DNA of 5,886 bases from positions 11,941,590 to 11,947,475 of the forward strand of contig CAJINV010000002.1 of NCBI GenBank assembly GCA_905178155.1. Reading direction: 5' to 3'. Below the pieces are notes generated by a model. It was not told the DNA's origin. It worked only from the letters and a program-made list of their open reading frames with translations, and did no database searches. Each line of letters opens with the position of its first letter. Positions within the stretch are counted from its first letter, which is position 1. This DNA comes from Amoebophrya sp. A120 (Eukaryota; Protista; Dinoflagellata). Both the position numbers and the translations under genes were made by a program. Shown piece by piece: positions 1 to 5,178 of this stretch.

Positions 1-124
1 TTCAATGCTTATCGCAGGAGCCTGCGGGCCGCCGCGGGCGACAGTAGTTGTCCGCGGCCCTTTAGGGCCGCGGGGAAGTGGTGGAGCCCGCGGCGGCCCG
101 CAGGCTCCTGCGATAAGCTTTGAA
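1..124. repeat. Long symmetric inverted repeat (nested hairpin), possibly truncated by the window start
   Basis: 7-39 (gcttatcgcaggagcctgcgggccgccgcgggc) is the exact reverse complement of 86-118. Pairing extends to 1-39/86-124 with one mismatch. The inner stem 52-61/64-73 (ccgcggccct/agggccgcgg) lies on the same axis (62/63). Confidence 0.95.
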
Positions 125-238
125 TGCGAATCCGGAAGCCCCCGATGACCCAGATACCTTCCTGGCCAGGGGGCCAGTTTCTCATGCAGGGGGCTTGCAG
201 AAGAAGGAGTGGGACTGTAATCAAAAATAAATAGCGCC

Positions 239-265
239 AAAGCGCGGCCCGCGGGGCCGCGCTTT
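239..265. repeat. Perfect 12-bp GC-rich hairpin
   Basis: aaagcgcggccc (239-250) / gggccgcgcttt (254-265) with a 3-nt loop gcg. Confidence 0.9.
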
Positions 266-366
266 CGCCGCGCGGCTGGTTTGGCTTTCGCGCTGGTTAG
301 ATTTTCGCGCACGCATTTGGTTACCAATATCGCCCTCCGGGCGCGATCTTCATATCGTGCTCGCTG

Positions 367-392
367 CTTGCAGTTGCCATTGCAGCTGCAAG
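367..392. repeat. 11-bp imperfect hairpin
   Basis: cttgcagttgc (367-377) / gcagctgcaag (382-392); one T-G pair, 4-nt loop. Confidence 0.75.
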
Positions 393-406
393 AGCTAGAA
401 GGAACA

Positions 407-465
407 GCGCTGCAGATAAATGGAACGAAGATCGCGCTCTCGTTCTGTCCGTTTATCTGCAGTGC
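407..465. repeat. 18-bp imperfect inverted repeat
   Basis: gcgctgcagataaatgga (407-424) / tccgtttatctgcagtgc (448-465), 16/18 Watson-Crick and both exceptions G-T. An alternative inner stem gaacga/tcgttc lies at 423-428/440-445. Confidence 0.85.
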
Positions 466-577
466 AATTTCATCAGTTAGCACGACGGTGCCACACGTAA
501 AGCCGTACACCCACAAGAGGCGGCACACAGCGCGGCCGGCCGTGATGTCTGCGCGCACGCACCTGTCCTGCGTGCAG

Positions 578-619
578 CCATCAAAGACGGAAGCGGAGGA
601 CAGCTTCCGTCGACGATGG
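578..619. repeat. Interrupted hairpin
   Basis: ccatc (578-582)/gatgg (615-619) and gacggaagc (586-594)/gcttccgtc (603-611), with a symmetric 3x3 internal loop. Confidence 0.8.
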
Positions 620-689
620 GGAGCTGCGCGCGGCTTGGGCGGACAAGCTTTGGACATGCGCAATTCTCCCTCGGCGTAAGTTGATTCGC

Positions 690-763
690 TAATTAATTAA
701 CTGCGTATAATTAATGAAGTTAATTAACTGAGGAGCTGCGTTTGGTTTTTTTGCGCAAAAAAA
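690..763. repeat. AT-rich palindromic patch
   Basis: ttaattaact (693-702) / agttaattaa (718-727); agttaattaact (718-729) is itself a palindrome; perfect 18-bp palindrome tttttttgcgcaaaaaaa at 746-763. Confidence 0.8.
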
Positions 764-812
764 TGCGACTTTGCGTGCGCCCTACATCAATTAATGCAGA
801 AGTCAGTGCTTC

Positions 813-840
813 ACTTCTCAACAACCTCTCAACAACTTCC
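813..840 (-). repeat. About 2.5 copies of an 11-bp motif, inverted relative to the 1253-1313 cluster
   Basis: acttctcaaca acctctcaaca acttcc. Its reverse complement ggaagttgttgagaggttgttgagaagt resembles ggaagttggtgaaaaggttggtcagaagt at 1251 onward. Confidence 0.75.
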
Positions 841-866
841 CGATGCACCTCCCACCAGCTTCTCGA

Positions 867-980
867 CGAACATCCTGACGATTTTCGCGGCAGGCTTTGA
901 GCTTTTGGAGGCATCATGCAAGAATTTGCATGACGCCTCCAAAAGCCCAAAGCTTGCCGCGAAATGCGCCGGGATGTTCG
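867..980. repeat. 114-bp fold-back (55-bp arms, 4-nt loop)
   Basis: 867-921 against the reverse complement of 926-980 aligns ungapped at 48/55; loop gaat (922-925). This explains the near-identical peptides in ORFs on opposite strands (LLEASCKxLHDASKSxK). Confidence 0.95.
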
Positions 981-1091
981 ACGGCGTCGGCGTTCTTTTT
1001 ATGTGAAGGGTCCCGAAAGGATCCAGCTGCACGTGAAAAAGATATTTTCAAGCTATCCTTCACAACCTTAGCAACCGAAGATCACGGGAGC

Positions 1092-1123
1092 CGATTCGTG
1101 ACTGCGCACGCGGCCACGAATCG
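1092..1123. repeat. 15-bp imperfect hairpin
   Basis: cgattcgtgactgcg (1092-1106) / cgcggccacgaatcg (1109-1123), 13/15. Confidence 0.8.
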
Positions 1124-1158
1124 AGGCCCGGGATATTCCTTTTGAGTTGTCCTAGCCA

Positions 1159-1206
1159 GAAGCTTGTGCGGAGTTTCGAGGGGATTTCAGCTGCGCATCA
1201 AGCTTC
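1159..1206. repeat. Spaced inverted repeat
   Basis: gaagcttg-tgcg (1159-1170) / cgca-t-caagcttc (1194-1206), one bulge. Confidence 0.65.
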
Positions 1207-1252
1207 CGAACAACCGCGGCAAGCGGTCTACGCCAACATCTCAACAGCTGGG

Positions 1253-1313
1253 AAGTTGGTGAAAAGGTTGGTCAGAAGTTGGTCACAAGTTGGTGAGAAG
1301 TTGGTGAGAAGTT
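1253..1313 (+). repeat. Tandem 11-bp repeat, consensus AAGTTGGTSAG, about 5.5 copies
   Basis: aagttggtgaaa, aggttggtcag, aagttggtcac, aagttggtgag, aagttggtgag, aagtt starting at 1253, 1265, 1276, 1287, 1298 and 1309. Confidence 0.9.
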
Positions 1314-1366
1314 ATTTGCATGCCAGTAGCGGATTTATACGAGTGCGATACTTTTGCACAGGATAC

Positions 1367-3913
1367 GTCCGATTCGATCCAAAGATCTGGGCAAAGGTTG
1401 AAACATAAACAAGAAAAAGCAGGGGCCGGCGCTTCAGATAGATTCCAGGCTCTGACTGCCGTTATGGGTCCGGTCACTTCCACAACGCCGAAAATTGGAT
1501 AGAATAGATACCCCCGCCGTCCGATTCGATCCGAAAATCTGGGCACAAGTTGAAACAGAAACGAGAAAAAGCAGGAGCCCGCGCTTCAGATAGATTCCAG
1601 GCTCTGGCTGCCCTTATGGGCCCACTTCCGCAATGCCGGAAATTGGGTCGAATCGATACCCCCGGTGTCCGATTCGATCCAAAAATCTGGGCAAAAGTTG
1701 AAACAGAAACGCGAAAAAGCAGGAGCCGGCGCGGCAGATAGATTCCAGGCTGTGACTGCCGTTGTGGGCCCACTTCCACAAGGCCGAAAATTGGATCGAG
1801 TCGATATCCCCGTCGTCCGATTCGATCCAAAAATCTCGGCAAAAGTTGAAACATAAACAAGAAAAAGCAGGGGCCGGCGCTTCAGATAGATTCCAGGCTC
1901 TGACTGCCGTTATGGGCCCACTTCCACAACGCCGGAAATTGGATCGAATCGATACCCCCGGCGTCCGATTCGATCCAAAAATCTGGGCAAAAGTTGAAAC
2001 AGAAACGCGAAAAAGCAGGAGCCGGCGCTGCAGATAGATTCCAGGCTCTGACTGCCGTTATGGGCCCACTTCCACAACGCCGAAAATTGGATCGAATCGA
2101 TACCCCCGTCGTCCGATTCGATCCGAAAATCTGGGCAAAAGTTGAAACAGAAACGAGAAAAAGCAGGAGCCCGCGCTTCAGATAGATTCCAGGCTCTGGC
2201 TGCCCTTATGGGCCCACTTCCGCAACGCCGGAAATTGGATCGAATCGATACCCCCGGCGTCCGATTCGATCCAAAAATCTGGGCAAAAGTTGAAACAGAA
2301 ACGCGAAAAAGCAGGAGCCGGCGCTGCAGATAGATTCCAGGCTCTGACTGCCGTTATGGGCCCACTTCCACAACGCCGAAAATTGGATCGAATCGATACC
2401 CCCGTCGTCCGATTCGATCCAAAAATCTGGGCAAAAGTTGAAACAGAAACGCGAAAAAGCAGGAGCCGGCGCTGCAGATAGATTCCAGGCTCTGACTGCC
2501 GTTATGGGCCCACTTCCACAACGCCGAAAATTGGATCGAGTCGATACCCCCGTCGTCCGATTCGATCCAAAAATCTGGGCCAAAGTTGAAACATAAACAA
2601 GAAAAAGCAGGGGCCGGCGCTTCAGATAGATTCCAGGCCCTGACTGCCGTTATGGGCCCACTTCCACAACGCCGGAAATTGAAGCGAATCGATGCCCCCG
2701 TCGTCCGATTCGATCCAAAAATCTGGGCAAAAGTTGAAACAGAAACGCGAAAAAGCAGGAGCCGGCGCTGCAGATAGATTCCAGGCTCTGGCTGCCGTTA
2801 TGGGCCCACTTCCACAACGCCGGAAATTGGATCGAATCGATACCCCCGGCGTCCGATTCGATCCAAAAATCTGGGCAAAAGTTGAAACAGAAACGCGAAA
2901 AAGCAGGAGCCGGCGCTGCAGATAGATTCCAGGCTCTGGCTGCCGTTATGGGCCCACTTCCACAACGCCGGAAATTGGATCGAATCGATACCCCCGGCGT
3001 CCGATTCGATCCAAAAATCTGGGCAAAAGTTGAAACAGAAACGCGAAAAAGCAGGAGCCGGCGCTGCAGATAGATTCCAGGCTCTGACTGCCGTTATGGG
3101 CCCACTTCCACAACGCCGGAAATTGGATCGAGTCTGTCGGTACCTCCGGCGTCCGATTCGATCCAAAAATCTGGGCAAAAGTTGAAACAGAAACGCGAAA
3201 AAGCAGGAGCCGGCGCTGCAGATAGATTCCAGGCTCTGACTGCCGTTATGGGCCCACTTCCACAACGCCGAAAATTGGTTCGAATCGATACCCCCGTCGT
3301 CCGATTCGATCCAAAGATCTGGGAAAAGGTTGAAACATAAACAAGAAAAAGCAGGAGCCGGCGCTTCAGATAGATTCCAGGCTCTGACTGCCGTTATGGG
3401 TCACTTCCACAACGCCGAAAATTGGATCGAATAAATACCCCCGTCGTCCGATTCGATCCGAAAATCTGGCCAAAAGTTGAAACAGAAACGAGAAAAAGCA
3501 GGAGCCGGCGCCGCAGAGAGATCCCAGGCTCTGACTGCCCTTATGGGCCCACTTCCACAACGCCGAAAATTGGATCGAATCGATACCCGCGTCGTCCGAT
3601 TCGATCCAAAATAAAATCTGGGCAAAAGTTGAAACATAAACAAGAAAAAGCAGGAGCCGGCGCTGCAGATGGATTGGCTCCAGGCTCTGGCTGCCGTTAT
3701 GGGCCCACTTCGTTCCACAACGCCGGAAATTGGATCGAATCGATACCCCCGTCGTCCGATTCGATCCGAAAATCTGGGCAAAAGTTGAAACAGAAACGAG
3801 AAAAAGCAGGAGCCCGCGCGGCAGATAGATTCCAGGCTCTGGCTGCCCTTATGGGCCCACTTCCGCAACGCCGGAAATTGGATCGAATCGATACCCCCGG
3901 CGTCCGATTCGAT
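1367..3913. repeat. 148-bp tandem repeat array (satellite-like), left block: 17 full units plus a 12-bp stub
   Basis: Units starting gtccgattcgatcc at 1367, 1519, 1667, 1815, 1963, 2111, 2259, 2407, 2555, 2703, 2851, 2999, 3151, 3299, 3446, 3594, 3754 and 3902. Consensus gtccgattcgatccaaaaatctgggcaaaagttgaaacagaaacgcgaaaaagcaggagccggcgctgcagatagattccaggctctgactgccgttatgggcccacttccacaacgccgRaaattggatcgaatcgatacccccgKc (148 bp). There are no unique spacers. Confidence 0.98.
2383..2422. repeat. Representative 13-14-13 dyad present at intact monomer junctions
   Basis: ttggatcgaatcg (2383-2395), 14-bp spacer atacccccgtcgtc, cgattcgatccaa (2410-2422); the arms are exact reverse complements. Confidence 0.93.
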
Positions 3914-3914
3914 T

Positions 3915-3935
3915 CAGCCAGCCAGCCCCAGGCAA
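3915..3935 (+). repeat. Left terminal inverted repeat of the insertion
   Basis: cagccagccagccccaggcaa against the reverse complement of the right end, caggctgccggccccgggcaa (17/21). Confidence 0.78.
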
Positions 3936-4471
3936 ATTCGGGCCAATAAAATCAGCATAAAAAAGCACTAACAAAAAAGCTGCGCCGGGTCTCGTCCCAT
4001 TGGCTTCGTGTATTGATTGGCCAGGGACTTGGCTGGCGGAATTCCCGAAGGGCGCCGCGCGGTGCCCCCGGGGGGGAAACTAATGGAGGCCGGAGGCCCT
4101 GTTCTTTTGTTCCCTAGCCCAAAGGGTGCCGCGTTTCTTTGGGTTTTGTGTCCGTCGTGAGGGCGCGGGCCTGCCATTTGCCTTGCCGAAATCCCCCAGC
4201 TTGCCGCCGGGGACGGGTTTCGTCGGGTTGTTTCTTGGGTGGCGCTTTCGTGGTCGTGTTTCTTGGCCCGGGGGCTGGGTTTTGCCTTGTTTTTCCCCAC
4301 GGGGCCCGAGGGGGTGGGGTGCCGTCCGCCGGTACCGGGGAGCCGATCCCGGCCCAACCTGTGGTCTTTGGTTGGTTGTGGGGCTCTTGTGGGCCAGAAG
4401 GGGTCGAGGGTTTTTGCAGAGGGGACAGCAGGACTTGCGATGTTTTTTGCAAGATCTCGCGGCCTGACCTC

Positions 4472-4531
4472 TGCAATAATTTTTGCAATAATCTATGCAA
4501 TAAAATTTGCAATAAAAGTTGCACTAATTCG
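4472..4531 (+). repeat. Internal tandem 12-bp repeat, 5 copies of TGCAMTAA-N4
   Basis: tgcaataatttt, tgcaataatcta, tgcaataaaatt, tgcaataaaagt, tgcactaattcg at 4472, 4484, 4496, 4508 and 4520. A related pair ttaatgcaaatt/ttaatgcaaaac lies at 4573-4596. Confidence 0.9.
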
Positions 4532-5157
4532 AAAACAAGGCGAATCCTAAGGGATTTCGCACCCCCAACAAATTAATGCAAATTTTAATGCAAAACTAAG
4601 CCACAAACTAAACAAAATTTAAACCACAAAGTAACACAATAATCACAGCGGAGAACCAAACTGGAGAAACAAGAAAACCAGCAGTGTTTTGGGCGCGGGT
4701 TGCGCAACAAACGGGAAGGCCCGGGGCTTTTGTTTTTGGACGCCGTTTTTGTGGGATAGTTTTCTGTGGCGCGCCCCTTGTGGCCCCTGTAGTGTCTTGG
4801 CTTGATCCTTTGTGGGGTTTTCTTTGGGTTCTCGTTTTGTGTTATGCCCGCGTCGCCCCCCTGTGTTGCATATGTTCCCAGGGTCCTTTGAGGGCCTTGG
4901 TTTGCCACATTTTGTTGCCGGGCCCTGTTTCCGTTTCGTGATCGGGCGCAGAAGCCTTGGGCGCGATGGGCCCGCAGGCAGTCGGCCCCGGCTGTCCTCG
5001 CGCGTCCGCAGCCATCACTTGTGTTCTCCCCCTGTCTGTTTGGGCCATGTGCCGCGTCTTCCCCCTGGCCATTCGCGCCGGCATTTTGGCGCATTTGTTT
5101 GGCCCCCCTCCCGCTTTTACATTAATGCTCTTTCAAACCAATTTCAAACCGGGTAGC

Positions 5158-5178
5158 TTGCCCGGGGCCGGCAGCCTG
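5158..5178 (-). repeat. Right terminal inverted repeat of the insertion
   Basis: ttgcccggggccggcagcctg; its reverse complement matches 3915-3935 at 17/21. Confidence 0.78.

Larger units (their letters stand above)
3915..5178. mobile_element. Putative non-autonomous DNA transposon (1264 bp; hAT-like ends; MITE or deletion derivative) inserted into a satellite monomer
   Basis: The array stops and resumes in register with 8 bp duplicated: attcgatt (3907-3914) / attcgatc (5179-5186), or, shifted by one base, exact gattcgat (3906-3913 / 5178-5185). Ends are cag...ctg and the terminal 21 bp are 17/21 inverted. No transposase-like ORF is recognisable. The superfamily call rests only on the 8-bp TSD and CAG termini. 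Confidence 0.8.

Noticed and set aside
239-265. Rho-independent terminator
   Set aside because: The hairpin has only 3 T (themselves paired in the stem), there is no supported upstream gene, and a prokaryotic context is not established.
1008-1024. GNRA-type hairpin of a ribozyme or group I/II intron
   Set aside because: Only a 6-bp stem with a cgaaa loop; I could not identify a hammerhead core, intron domain V, tRNA or rRNA motif by eye. An Rfam scan would be decisive.
1253-1313. Telomeric repeat
   Set aside because: The 11-bp unit does not match a telomere motif I recognise; the copies are few, degenerate and internal.
1343-1366. Helitron 3' end (short hairpin gtgcga/ttgcac near the array boundary)
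   Set aside because: The stem is only 6 bp and is not followed by the CTRR terminus.
281-1408. ORFs in the left flank (281-679, 720-950, 794-1006, 829-1032, 897-1145, 1142-1408)
   Set aside because: No recognisable protein features; the mirrored peptides come from the 867-980 palindrome and the KLVRS repeats from the 11-bp motif.
2407-2462. Helically phased A-tracts (intrinsic curvature) in the monomer
   Set aside because: A-runs start at unit positions about 15, 27, 35, 41 and 48; the spacings (12, 8, 6, 7) are not a consistent 10-11 bp.
1550-3949. Repeated 63-aa ORFs (MKQKREKAGAGAADRFQ...) and longer ORFs on both strands
   Set aside because: 148 is not a multiple of 3, so frames shift every unit. 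The ORFs overlap, mostly start at TTG, and are disrupted or fused by indels. They are by-products of the repeat.
4139-4576. Cys-rich ORF ending CNNFCNNLCNKICNKSCTN (metallothionein- or RiPP-like appearance)
   Set aside because: The Cys periodicity is just the translation of the 12-bp DNA repeat. It has a non-ATG start, overlapping ORFs of similar length in other frames, and no recognisable domain.
4576-4583. POU octamer ATGCAAAT
   Set aside because: A single 8-mer in an AT-rich tgcaa-repeat context is expected by chance, and the host taxon is unknown.
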